NCBI GenBank assembly: GCA_030621225.1
Contig: JAUXIB010000004.1
Coordinates: 1 to 39,826 of the forward strand
DNA from: a candidate division FCPU426 bacterium
GTDB lineage: Bacteria; Oederibacteriota; JAUXIB01
Length of the DNA stretch: 39,826 bases
Reading direction: 5' to 3'
In this document: one piece after another, positions 27,716 through 36,723 of the stretch
Layout: each line of letters starts with the position of its first letter
Position numbering within the stretch: the first letter of the stretch is position 1
The notes under the pieces: model-generated
Told to the model about the DNA's origin: nothing
The model's input: only the letters and a program-made list of their open reading frames with translations
Database searches by the model: none
Translations under genes and position numbers: made by a program

Positions 27716-27886
27716 ATGTCCAAGAGTCGTAGAAGCGAGATAGCCAAGGGTGCAGCGCTCAAGAGATGGAGTAAGCGATCAGAGGCAAAAAAGCGCAATC
27801 TATCCCGCAGAATATCGCTGGATTCCCGCCAAGAGAAAAGCCATAGCCAGGAAGGTGGCTATGGCCGATGGAAAAACGCCAAATAG
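27716..27886 (+). pseudogene. Fragment of a small basic 'RRSEIA.KAA..RW' family gene
   Basis: MSKSRRSEIAKGAALKRW; no clear RBS. Confidence 0.4.
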
Positions 27887-27895
27887 ATAGTATGG

Positions 27896-28270
27896 TTACC
27901 GCATGTAGGAAGACGCTATGTTACTGTCCCACAGTGGAATCGTGTAGAATTCTTCCCACCTCTTTTCCTTGCACAATGCAAATACCGATTGAGCAGCCCT
28001 CTCTTTGAACCACCTCTTTGCCTGCATTCGGGCTTCTTTCTGCTTAACCTTCTGTTTCATTTCTGCCATGAACTCGCTAAGGTGCACTACGGTAAGCCCC
28101 ACCATTCTCTTTGATTTGACTTCATAGTGGAACGCCATGAATTCGTCAACTTCCCTGGTGGCGATTGGATAGTTTATTTTAGAAATTCGGGTAGTCATTG
28201 TGTTTGATTTATGGTCTATCCGAATGGTTATGTATTCTTTCCCTATCTTTTTCCTTACTACCGTTGCCAT
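27896..28270 (-). CDS. DUF2283-like putative antitoxin
   Basis: ITIRID...NTM..RIS....TREVDE.....Y......MVGLTV; overlaps the upstream toxin-like gene. Confidence 0.5.
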   Translation of the reverse strand: MATVVRKKIGKEYITIRIDHKSNTMTTRISKINYPIATREVDEFMAFHYEVKSKRMVGLTVVHLSEFMAEMKQKVKQKEARMQAKRWFKERAAQSVFALCKEKRWEEFYTIPLWDSNIASSYMR

Positions 28271-28611
28271 ATTATCTTTCCTCCTGGCTTTTGCCCCGGA
28301 ACATTATAGAACGAATCTATTTTCCACCCGCCGCCTCGCAGGGAGCAAATAACTATAAGATATCTGTCTTGAGTGCCTAACCCCTCCCGCTCCTCGGGGG
28401 TCAATTTAACATAGAACCTATGTGCGCCAAATCGGTCTTTATCGACAAAAACCGGTTCTGTGATTGCCCTCTGGGCTATCCCTCCCGCTGGATATCCGGG
28501 GTGAACCCTAAGGACGTGGTAATGATATACTTCTTTGGAACACTCTACTTTGTTGCCCAATACATCATCGGACGTAAAGGCAACGCCCCGTTTTTTTTTG
28601 TTTCGTGCCAC
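28258..28611 (-). CDS. Putative RelE/BECR-fold ribonuclease toxin
   Basis: DVLGNKV..S...Y.YHVL..HP, AITEP.FV.KD, RFY, YLIVI, IDSFY, G.IIW pattern; paired with a DUF2283-like gene. Confidence 0.5.
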   Translation of the reverse strand: MARNKKKRGVAFTSDDVLGNKVECSKEVYHYHVLRVHPGYPAGGIAQRAITEPVFVDKDRFGAHRFYVKLTPEEREGLGTQDRYLIVICSLRGGGWKIDSFYNVPGQKPGGKIIWQR

Positions 28612-28793
28612 GATGCCCCGCTCTCCGCAATAACCAGAGGCACCAAGGCCTATATATAATATCGGCTATTCTAGCGGAACCATTAGTGTATTAACGGCTT
28701 CATCCTCTGCTTCAAAGAATATTCATTCTACGAGACGGGCAATACACTGTCAAGCATATTATGTGCGCGCAATGAACACTTGGTTAAAAAAGG

Positions 28794-28946
28794 AAGGGAC
28801 CGCGTCTTCCTCCTCCGCACCTTCGGTGCTACGGCGAGACCAGCCTTCGCCACAGCTTCCGCCGTCGCTCTCCGAGCTATGGCGAGACAAGTCGGCTTGG
28901 CAGACAGGAGAACCCTTCGACTATCTCAGGGCAGGTTGTGACTTTT
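28794..28946. repeat. Terminal-repeat copy AAGGGACCGCGTCT^AGAA^TTGTGACTTTT split by nested palindromic inserts
   Basis: Removing 28808-28908 and 28913-28935 restores the reverse complement of 20177-20204 (1 mismatch). Confidence 0.8.
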
Positions 28947-28988
28947 TGGTGATACCATCTGTAGTCTGCTGTATGTTTTCCTCTATGC

Positions 28989-29780
28989 CTACTCCCACTC
29001 CTCCCAATCCGCATTCAAGCCGGCAATCACATTCAGCAGCTCATCTTTTTCCATGCAGTGCGTACTCTTGACCCGGCCGCCGAGGTCACTCATCTTGGCG
29101 AGGCGGCAGTTGATCAGGTTCTCTTTCTTGTCGTGGCTGATGGTCAGGCGGAAGAAGCAGTGCTTGTTCTTGCTCAGGTGGAACTTGCCCTCAGCAGAGG
29201 TGAGCTTGATGCCGTCGTAGTCTTCCAGGTCAAACTCTACTTTGCAGGTGTGCTTGCCGACCGGCAGGCCCGAGACCAGGTTATAGACGAACATGCCCAG
29301 GTTGGCTTCAGAGAATTTTCGTCTGTATTTTCCGTCGATTACTAGTTGAGCATGTTCGGCGAGGAACTTCTTGAAGTCCTTGGGGGTCTGCAGAGTGAAC
29401 AGAATGGCCATACCGCCCGCGCTCTTCTCCTTTTTGAGCTCGACTTTTTTTACTTTTCCGACCAGGACAACGTGGTAGACGCCCTTGTCATCGTAGCCTA
29501 TCTTCTTGACCTTATAGCCGGGCAAAAGCACTGCTTCGGCCTGGGATTCGATGTAGTCGAATTCGACCTGGAAGTCTTTCACCTCGGTCTGCGATTTGAT
29601 CGCCACGCCGGCCTTCTCGATCGCTTTGCGCTTGGCGTCCATTAGCGCTTCCTGGTAGTCCTTTTGCTCACCGTCATCTTGGGCGTTGCTGATGCCTTCC
29701 TCGAAGACATCGATCGCCTGAGCGGAGAGGAAGAGCGGGAGGAAGAGGATGGTTGTCAGGCAGAGCAGTAGTTTCTTCAT
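28989..29780 (-). CDS. Secreted protein with FlgT-N/LPP20-like domain
   Basis: Signal peptide MKKLLLCLTTILFLPLFLSA at 29780 with RBS AGGAG; EALMDAKRKAIEKAGVAIKSQTEV. Confidence 0.65.
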   Translation of the reverse strand: MKKLLLCLTTILFLPLFLSAQAIDVFEEGISNAQDDGEQKDYQEALMDAKRKAIEKAGVAIKSQTEVKDFQVEFDYIESQAEAVLLPGYKVKKIGYDDKGVYHVVLVGKVKKVELKKEKSAGGMAILFTLQTPKDFKKFLAEHAQLVIDGKYRRKFSEANLGMFVYNLVSGLPVGKHTCKVEFDLEDYDGIKLTSAEGKFHLSKNKHCFFRLTISHDKKENLINCRLAKMSDLGGRVKSTHCMEKDELLNVIAGLNADWEEWE

Positions 29781-29924
29781 TATCGGGGCTCCTTTGGTTT
29801 GGAAGAAAGATATCATTCGTGTAAAAAAAAGGCAAGCATTACCCTGCAATGCACCTCCCCACATTCTGCTTGACCCCCCGAGCTGATTCTGCCAAAATCA
29901 CCTCAACAAAAGGAGCAAAATAAA

Positions 29925-30359
29925 ATGGAGATAGAATTCACGAAGCAGCAGTACAAGGTCTTGGCGCAGATGCTCTTTCTTGGGCGTTGGATGAGCCACT
30001 CGTACAAGGTTGAAGAGGACAAGAGTCCGTTTGAGGCGCTCGAACAGCACGTTCTTTCGCATGCTGAGAAGTTTGGCATGAAGGGGGTGCAGTTCAGTAA
30101 GGAATCGGGCAAGTATTACACGGACGGGGAATTTGAGGATGCGCAGGTGGAGGATTACGTGTACGCTTATGATGACTATAACTTCTGGGAGGAGCTATTC
30201 GGACGCTTGGCGGACAGAGACTTCATACGCAAGTATGGCGTGAAAGCTATCGGCGAGATGCCTGTGGAAGAACGTATCAAGAAGCGTCACCCGTTTGATG
30301 AGCAGTACGCCGACGAGGTGGAAAAGCATGGTCTGGAAAGGTTTGCCGTAAAAAAGTAA
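29925..30359 (+). CDS. Hypothetical acidic protein
   Basis: RBS AAGGAG; coherent 144-aa ORF in an operon with the next gene. Confidence 0.7.
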   Translation: MEIEFTKQQYKVLAQMLFLGRWMSHSYKVEEDKSPFEALEQHVLSHAEKFGMKGVQFSKESGKYYTDGEFEDAQVEDYVYAYDDYNFWEELFGRLADRDFIRKYGVKAIGEMPVEERIKKRHPFDEQYADEVEKHGLERFAVKK

Positions 30360-30374
30360 CGAAACGAGGTATCG

Positions 30375-31244
30375 ATGAGCAAGAAAAAACGCAAAGCGGG
30401 CCCGAAGAAAAAAAAGAAAGCACTTGAGAAAGGAAAAAAGCAGCCTCTTGACATGAAGCTTATGGAACGTTTATTACGCGAGAAGCCTACGGGCGAGAAG
30501 AATACCGCGTTGCGTAAAGCGCAGGAGCTGATCGACGACGCCTGGGAGATTGTTGACCCCGGGGAACGCGCCAAGATGGCGCTCGACGCACTGCGCATTT
30601 CCCGCGACTGTGTGGACGCTTTCGTTATCCTGGCCCAGGATGTTGCTGCTACGGATAAGCAGGCTGGCGAGTTCTATAGGATGGGTGTGGAGCAGGGTGA
30701 GAAAGCTCTGGGTGAGAAATACTTCAGTGATAACGCCGGTCATTTCTGGGGATTACACGAGACGCGTCCTTATATGCGTGCGCGCGTTGGCCTGGCCCAG
30801 TGTCTCTGGCAGGAAGGACAGCGGGATGAGTGTATAGAACATTGCCGAGAAATGCTCAAGTTGAATCCCGGCGACAACCAGGGCATCCGTTACCTGTTGA
30901 TGCCGTACCTTCTGGAGAAGGGCCGGGATGGCGAAGCGCGCGAACTGATGATCCAATACGGAAACGAACCGTCGGCGTCCTGGTCCTACAGCGCCGTTCT
31001 CCTCGCCTTTAGGAAAGAAGGGGCCTCCGCTGATTCCAATGGGTTGTTGGACAGGGCGATAAAGGTCAATCCCCATGTTCCCGATTTCCTATTGGGGCGA
31101 AAGAAGATGCCCGAAGAACTGCCGGGTTTCTATTCTCCTCACGAGGAAAGCGAAGCCGTCTTTTATGTCTCCGGGAACGAGTCGGCTTGGAAAAAGACAT
31201 CGGGCGCTTTGGACTGGCTCAAGCGGTGTGAGGGTCAGGAATAG
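30375..31244 (+). CDS. TPR-like (ST7-related) protein
   Basis: AQELIDDAWE, HFWGLHETRPYMRAR, LNPGDNQGIRY, A...NPHVP.FL, GALDWL. Confidence 0.75.
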   Translation: MSKKKRKAGPKKKKKALEKGKKQPLDMKLMERLLREKPTGEKNTALRKAQELIDDAWEIVDPGERAKMALDALRISRDCVDAFVILAQDVAATDKQAGEFYRMGVEQGEKALGEKYFSDNAGHFWGLHETRPYMRARVGLAQCLWQEGQRDECIEHCREMLKLNPGDNQGIRYLLMPYLLEKGRDGEARELMIQYGNEPSASWSYSAVLLAFRKEGASADSNGLLDRAIKVNPHVPDFLLGRKKMPEELPGFYSPHEESEAVFYVSGNESAWKKTSGALDWLKRCEGQE

Positions 31245-31374
31245 GGGACAGGCATTTGATATTTCGCCAATAGCGCAGTCCGGGGGGGCAACGATAAGTA
31301 ACAACGCTTGGGAGCCCCTTGATTTTCCTATCTCAACTTGTTAAAATCCCCTTGATACTTACACTCAGGGGGAT

Positions 31375-32229
31375 ATGATGCAAAGAAGGTTCCTGCTATT
31401 CACTCTATTGCTTCTTTTATCCAGCTTTCTCTTTGCCAAAAAGCATTTCGCCTTTATCGATTACGCCGGTAAGGGAGGATTCAAGATATACGCGAATGGG
31501 TACATAATATCTTCTTTCGAGGATAGTGTCCGGCATAGTCACCAACACTATATCCCTCGCCAGTACCTGGACAAGCAGAACGTGATCGCGGTGGTGCTAA
31601 ATACTGATAGCTATGCCGCGGTCACCGAGATGTCGTTCTACTGCGAGGTGACGATACGTGATTCGGACAAAACCAGTACAGAGGACTTGGTGTGGGTCTA
31701 CTGCACTACCAAGGGCAAGCAACCACCCGTGGACGCGCAAGGGAAGAACTGGAAGGAGCAGAACTATAAACCGGACACAGCCAAGGGGTGGAGTGATAGC
31801 CCGGCTGTATTCAAAGGGAAGGTAGGCGGAACAAAGATGCGCCCTTTCGTGTCTTGTAACAAGCGTGGGCAGTCGGGCACGGTAGATGATGTCTATTATT
31901 TTCGTATCCCTTTCGAGGTATCTGACAAGACGCTCGAACAGGCCGATAAGTGGAAGGGCTCGGCCAGGGGTGATCGTGAGAAGAAGAGGGTCGGCGAATT
32001 TCGAATTGCAGGCACGGAGCGCGCGAACGCGGGTAATTACGAAGGCGCGTTGATATGTTTTCTGCTTTCAGATGAGATGGTGCCGGGTGATCCCGAGGTG
32101 CTTAAATCCGCAGCAGGATGCTTCATCATGCTGGGCGACAAACGCCGCGGCCGCAAGCTCTACGAACAAGCGCTGGAGTTGAATCCGGATGATAAGGAAT
32201 TGAGGAAGTACTTGGAGACGTTAGACTAG
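31375..32229 (+). CDS. Secreted protein with C-terminal TPR; paralog of 3169..4092
   Basis: Signal peptide; IYANG, NVIAV, PPVDAQGKNWKE, YYFRIPF; LYEQALELNPDD. Confidence 0.72.
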   Translation: MMQRRFLLFTLLLLLSSFLFAKKHFAFIDYAGKGGFKIYANGYIISSFEDSVRHSHQHYIPRQYLDKQNVIAVVLNTDSYAAVTEMSFYCEVTIRDSDKTSTEDLVWVYCTTKGKQPPVDAQGKNWKEQNYKPDTAKGWSDSPAVFKGKVGGTKMRPFVSCNKRGQSGTVDDVYYFRIPFEVSDKTLEQADKWKGSARGDREKKRVGEFRIAGTERANAGNYEGALICFLLSDEMVPGDPEVLKSAAGCFIMLGDKRRGRKLYEQALELNPDDKELRKYLETLD

Positions 32230-32298
32230 GCGATGAGGGGGCAAGCCACGAACCATTAGTATATTTATTTACTTTTTTTTATGTGCACGGCGCCTACT

Positions 32299-32400
32299 GG
32301 TGATTCCCTCCCATAATATCCGACGGTAGGGAAACACGGGGACGCCTCCGGCGTCCGGAGCCCCAATACCATATTAACATCGCCACCTGACAAAAACGGG
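32299..32400 (-). repeat. Repeat block C, inverted copy
   Basis: Reverse complement of 6427-6529 with few changes. Confidence 0.9.
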
Positions 32401-32490
32401 CCGTGCCCTGCACCCGAGTATCGCGAGTGGTACAGGGTGTGTGCGGTAAAATATCTTTATTGTTTAAACATTGCTCCTCATTCTTCCCAC

Positions 32491-32550
32491 GCATTTTGGT
32501 ATTGACGGTTCCAAATATCATTGAAAAATGTAATTGCGTATTCCAGCATG
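32491..32550 (+). pseudogene. Decayed copy of the promoter and first codons of the AAA/DUF4143 gene
   Basis: GCATTTTGGTATTGACGGTTCCAAATATCATTGAAAAATG..GTATTCCAG aligns with 37583-37638. Confidence 0.7.
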
Positions 32551-32610
32551 CTACACTTCTCGGTGGCTGGAATTTTTTTCCGCTGAACAGATGATAGCCG
32601 GATTATTTTC

Positions 32611-32637
32611 AGTAACCTTTTCTGTGGTTACGCGTCT
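32611..32637 (+). promoter_or_regulatory. ECF-type promoter (probably autoregulated)
   Basis: AGTAAC-N16-CGTCT upstream of an operon encoding an ECF sigma. Confidence 0.65.
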
Positions 32638-32691
32638 TATATAGTAAGGGCATACTAGGCAACTGGCGGGAGCACGATAGGGAGGTGTCGG

Positions 32692-33456
32692 ATGAAGGGA
32701 ACGATGGTAGTGATGCTGGCGGCGATTTTGCTGTTGCCGGCGCTGAACGCTGAGCCGGCGGACGAAGCTGAGGCCCTGCAGGAACGCGTCAACGGAGCCG
32801 AGGGCTACAGCAAAGCGGAGAAAGAGCAGCTCAAGGAGATGGCGCGGAGTTGTCGGCAGGACGGTACGGGAGATGGTGCGGGTAAGATGACGCAGCAGCG
32901 CCAGCGCGCCAAGCGCATGGAGCAGCGTATGCTAAGGAACAAGTTGCGCGAAGGTATGGCCAAGGGCGCGGAGGTGAAGAAAATTAAAAAGGCTATGGAA
33001 CGGAGCCGTTCCCGCTTGCGTTATTCAAAGAGCGTGACCGACCGGTTCGGCGGCGCCGATGAGGGGGAAAAGATCCGTTGCCGTCAGCGCATCGCGGCGA
33101 TGATGGAGCGGGGCTTCAGCAAAGAGGAGATCGATGGCCTGGCGCGCGAAGCTAAGCGGCAGAAAAAAGCGGCAAAGGTTTTTGGAGATTGCCTGGCGAC
33201 CGCGGATGAATTGCAGGGAAAGGGCATGAGCAAGAAGAACGCGCTTGCCGCCGGCAAGGACGTCGCTACCGGCAAGAGGACACGTGCCCAGGCCAGGCAG
33301 CGCTGGCAAAAGCGCCATCAGCAGGGAGCCGGTGAGCGGGACAAGGGAGATGGGCTGGAGGACGAAGACGAACGGTCCGGCTCTCTTGATCAGGAACGCG
33401 GTACCGCGGCGGGCGGTGGAAAAGGCGGTGGTGACGGTCGACGAGGAGGAAAGTAA
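32692..33456 (+). CDS. Secreted helical, charged protein of the ECF operon
   Basis: RBS GGAGG, signal peptide, Gly-rich tail. Confidence 0.7.
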   Translation: MKGTMVVMLAAILLLPALNAEPADEAEALQERVNGAEGYSKAEKEQLKEMARSCRQDGTGDGAGKMTQQRQRAKRMEQRMLRNKLREGMAKGAEVKKIKKAMERSRSRLRYSKSVTDRFGGADEGEKIRCRQRIAAMMERGFSKEEIDGLAREAKRQKKAAKVFGDCLATADELQGKGMSKKNALAAGKDVATGKRTRAQARQRWQKRHQQGAGERDKGDGLEDEDERSGSLDQERGTAAGGGKGGGDGRRGGK

Positions 33457-33460
33457 GGGA

Positions 33461-34093
33461 TTGGTCACAGCGAATAACAGCGTATGCGGAGAAACGGCGG
33501 CTTGCGTCCCGGGCGGGACGCAACTCGTCGATCTCCATCAAATTGACAAGTGCTTGGCGGGCGAGCGTGAAGCGTTTGGGGAGTTGGTGCGTAAGTATCA
33601 GGAAGTGGTATACCGCTTCAGCTACCGCATCTGTGGTTCGAGAGAGCAGGCCGAGGACATCACGCAGGAGAGTTTTGTCCGGGCTTATCAAAGACTGTCT
33701 TCTTTGCGGCGTAAAGCTGCTTTCAAGAGCTGGCTGTTCCGCATTGCGCTCAATTTATGCCGAGACTCTTTTGCGGGCAGGAACGCCGTGGCCCGTTATG
33801 AAACGCCGTTGGAATCTGTGGCGGATGGTCTAGCGACCGCTGATCCGGGGTTTGACCCCGAGAAGAGCTATCTAATGCGGGTGGCCAGGAAAGTGGTGTG
33901 GGAAGCCTTGGACAGGTTGAGCACGGATGAACGGGCGTTGTTCATTATGAAATACGTCGAAGGGATGAGCTATACGGAGCTAAAAGAGGTTAGCGGCGCG
34001 CTCACCATTGGATTACTGAAAGTGCGTCTCTATCGCACGCGCGAGAAGTTAAGCGGTTATTTGGGTAAGAATTGGGGAGGAGGCGATGAGTAA
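33461..34093 (+). CDS. ECF RNA polymerase sigma factor
   Basis: EAFGELVRKYQ, AEDITQESF, FKSWLFRIALN.CRD, region 4 EGMSY.EL..KVRLYR.R. TTG 33461 chosen as start after the upstream stop. Confidence 0.9.
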   Translation: MVTANNSVCGETAACVPGGTQLVDLHQIDKCLAGEREAFGELVRKYQEVVYRFSYRICGSREQAEDITQESFVRAYQRLSSLRRKAAFKSWLFRIALNLCRDSFAGRNAVARYETPLESVADGLATADPGFDPEKSYLMRVARKVVWEALDRLSTDERALFIMKYVEGMSYTELKEVSGALTIGLLKVRLYRTREKLSGYLGKNWGGGDE

Positions 34094-34592
34094 GAAAAGC
34101 GAAGAACAAGCGGGCAGGGTAGGCAGGCTGATCTCCGGGGAGAGCGTGCCGCCGCATTCGCCCGGGCTCGAGGCACGGATCATGCAGCGAATAGCAGACG
34201 TAGAAGCGGCAGGGGAAAGAGCTCCCAGCTGGCGGCGTCCGGTGGCCCGCTGGAGCGCCGCGGCAGCTTTGCTCGTGGTGGGCATCGCTGCTTACCTGAT
34301 GCTGTTGGAGCGTCCACACTTAGGCAATATCCCCGCGGCGGGGATGATCGAAGCACGTTTTGTTTATCCCGATCTGAAGGCGGAATCCGTGCTGATCGCC
34401 GGTGATTTCACGGATTGGCAAAAGGTCGCTATGGAGCGCCGGGAGAGCGGTTGGTCCTTCCGCCTGCCTTTACAGGCGGGGGAAACTTACCGCTATGTCT
34501 TTCTCGTGGACGGAGCATGTGTGGAGGACCCCGCTGCCACGGTGGTGGTGAAGGATGATTTTGGCTGCGATAACAACTTGATCTCTCTCTAA
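34086..34592 (+). CDS. Anti-sigma-like membrane protein with glycogen-binding (CBM48/AMPK-beta) domain
   Basis: Overlaps the sigma gene; TM helix; V.IAGDFTDW, Y.YVF.VDG..V.DP.A.....DDFG..N. Confidence 0.8.
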   Translation: MSKKSEEQAGRVGRLISGESVPPHSPGLEARIMQRIADVEAAGERAPSWRRPVARWSAAAALLVVGIAAYLMLLERPHLGNIPAAGMIEARFVYPDLKAESVLIAGDFTDWQKVAMERRESGWSFRLPLQAGETYRYVFLVDGACVEDPAATVVVKDDFGCDNNLISL

Positions 34593-34612
34593 AAGCTTTT
34601 TTACCAGCCTCT

Positions 34613-35842
34613 ATGCGCAAAAGCTTTATTCGTTCGCTGCAAATACTGGGGGCGCTGATGATCTGGGCGCAAGGTCTGAGTGCCGCCTGGCCGGATTCCC
34701 TGTTTTATCTGGAACCGAGGTTTGGCTTTAGCACCTCTCCTCTCTCCAGCCCGGCGAGCGCGCTGGGGGAGATTGATGGCGCTTCCGTCTTTGGCGGGGC
34801 GGCTATCGTTTACAATACAGTTCCCTTTTCCGGCGCGAGATTGGATGCTGGGGTTGAGCATACCCAGTACGATTCCGATTACGGTTGCTTGGACGACCTC
34901 TGGCTGGGACTGCGCAGCAGGCACGGTGATGAGGAGCTTGGTTTTTTAATGGGCGGCTCCGTTGGCAGTACCTTCTCCGGCAGATACGATTCAGAGGAGA
35001 AATATGACGCCAGGCTCTTCGGGGAACTGCTCTTCGACCCCGAGAATTCCCCGGAGGAGCTGAGTTATTATTGCGGCTTGTCTTTTCTCATCAGGCATTA
35101 TCCGCATCGCGAGTTGGTTGACGGAGATCAGCAACTGGACACAGGGCCCGGCTTTTGGCTGGGGGTGGACTATGAGCAGGAGGAAGCGCTTACGGGGGGC
35201 GTATACGAGTTTGCCAAGCTGATCTCTAACGATGAGTATTACGAATACGCGCAGCACTCGTTGGGCGTCTATCATCGCCGATTTTTCGGCGAAGACTGGT
35301 CGCTGCACGGCGCTTATAACCTGGGCATTCTGCCTTACCGTACCGAGGTGTTTACCAAACGCGGCGGCCAACGGCAAGCGCTGTCAGCGGATTTTTCGCA
35401 TGACTTGTCGTTGTCCCTACGCTACAGGTTGAAGCCGGAGTTAGTGATCAAGGCCGAGGCTGATTACAACAGTTTCCATTATACTATGAGCGATGTTCAT
35501 TATGACCAGGTCGAATTCCAAGTGGGCCTGTCCCATAGTTTCCGCTTGCGGTGCGCCGAAAAGGATGCGGGCCTGGCGCCGCGGATGTCCGGAAACAAGG
35601 CGACCTTTAACTATTGGGGACAGGACGCGGAGAAAGTATCGCTGTATTCAAGTTTCAATGATTGGCAGGAAATCGAATTCGATAAGCGAGCTGCGGGTGA
35701 ATTCAGGCTACGCTTAGAGTTGCCCGAGGGCACGCATTCCTATTACTATCTGGTGGATGGTGAGCGCGTTTTGCCGCCAGGGGCTTTTGCCTATGTAGAG
35801 GACGATTTTGGCGGTAGACAGGCGGTGATAAGCGCGCCCTGA
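34613..35842 (+). CDS. Putative outer-membrane beta-barrel with C-terminal CBM48-like domain
   Basis: Signal peptide; aromatic-rich alternating strands; VSLYSSFNDW, G.HSYYYLVDG, DDFGG. Confidence 0.7.
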   Translation: MRKSFIRSLQILGALMIWAQGLSAAWPDSLFYLEPRFGFSTSPLSSPASALGEIDGASVFGGAAIVYNTVPFSGARLDAGVEHTQYDSDYGCLDDLWLGLRSRHGDEELGFLMGGSVGSTFSGRYDSEEKYDARLFGELLFDPENSPEELSYYCGLSFLIRHYPHRELVDGDQQLDTGPGFWLGVDYEQEEALTGGVYEFAKLISNDEYYEYAQHSLGVYHRRFFGEDWSLHGAYNLGILPYRTEVFTKRGGQRQALSADFSHDLSLSLRYRLKPELVIKAEADYNSFHYTMSDVHYDQVEFQVGLSHSFRLRCAEKDAGLAPRMSGNKATFNYWGQDAEKVSLYSSFNDWQEIEFDKRAAGEFRLRLELPEGTHSYYYLVDGERVLPPGAFAYVEDDFGGRQAVISAP

Positions 35843-35898
35843 GCGGGGACGATCCGGATTGGTGCGACACGGTACTGTGCCCCCACGTGTCGTGCCTT

Positions 35899-35926
35899 GG
35901 GGAAGGACTTGTACAAGTCCTTCCCC
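35899..35926. repeat. Perfect 28-bp palindrome GGGGAAGGACTTGTACAAGTCCTTCCCC
   Basis: Direct reading. Confidence 0.9.
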
Positions 35927-36060
35927 TATTTTTTCTGCGATGAGCGGGTTGACGAGGGGACTGCGGAATGGGGGGGCAGGTCTCCGCATTCCGCATTGAG
36001 GTCTTGGCATAGGATGATGACGTTCAACCTCTGGGGTTGACACCCCAGAGGTTGAACGGC

Positions 36061-36216
36061 GCTAGACAAGTTAACTTGTAGCAATAAAGGTGCTCTCGGT
36101 GAGCACCTTTTGTTTTAGGCGCATTTCGCTACATTTACCCCAAAAATCCTTTCTGTATCTTTTTTCATCTTTCTTTTGGCAAACCCCCGTTTTTGTCAGG
36201 GGGTGGTGGTAGGATA
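36061..36216 (+). terminator. Block D terminator plus extended -10 module
   Basis: AAAGGTGCTCTCGGTGAGCACCTTTT, then CCCCCGTTTTTGTCAGGGGGTGGTGGTAGGAT. Confidence 0.7.
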
Positions 36217-36255
36217 AATTAAGGGGTTATTCAGTATAAACAAAAGGAGAGACCA

Positions 36256-36723
36256 ATGAGCGACAAAGCGGCATCAAAATGTTGGATCTGCGAAGAAGTC
36301 TACAAGCGGCAGCGGAATGGCGCGGGGCAATGCCTCGCCTGCGGTAACTGGTTCTGTGGCGAGGAACACGGTTTGATTGACTATCACGGGGAGGATTATT
36401 GTATTTCTTGTTATTGGACTCTTCTAAGCACGGGGGATATCTCACCAAGAACTGATGTGAAGAAGGCCCAGGCGGCAGAGGAAGAGGAATGCTGGATATG
36501 CCGCGAGGTTTTAGCGCGCGAGCGGAAAGGCGATGTGAAGTGCGCAAAGTGCGGCAGAAATTGTTGTGGTGCCGAACACGTTGACTTTGACGCCAAGGAC
36601 GATGATTTTTGTCTCTCGTGCCACTTTGATGAGACCGGCGGCCCCTTCAAGGGTGATTTCTACGTTCTCACAGAGAACGGGGAAATCCCGATCCCCGGTC
36701 CACGAAGTAAAACTAACGTTTAA
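36256..36723 (+). CDS. Small protein with two tandem Cys/His zinc-binding repeats
   Basis: CWIC..C..CG..(F/C)CG.EH..C.SC twice; RBS AAGGAG. Confidence 0.75.
   Translation: MSDKAASKCWICEEVYKRQRNGAGQCLACGNWFCGEEHGLIDYHGEDYCISCYWTLLSTGDISPRTDVKKAQAAEEEECWICREVLARERKGDVKCAKCGRNCCGAEHVDFDAKDDDFCLSCHFDETGGPFKGDFYVLTENGEIPIPGPRSKTNV

Noticed and set aside
33245-33460. N-terminal extension of the ECF sigma ORF
   Set aside because: Overlaps the upstream gene; sigma homology starts after 33461.
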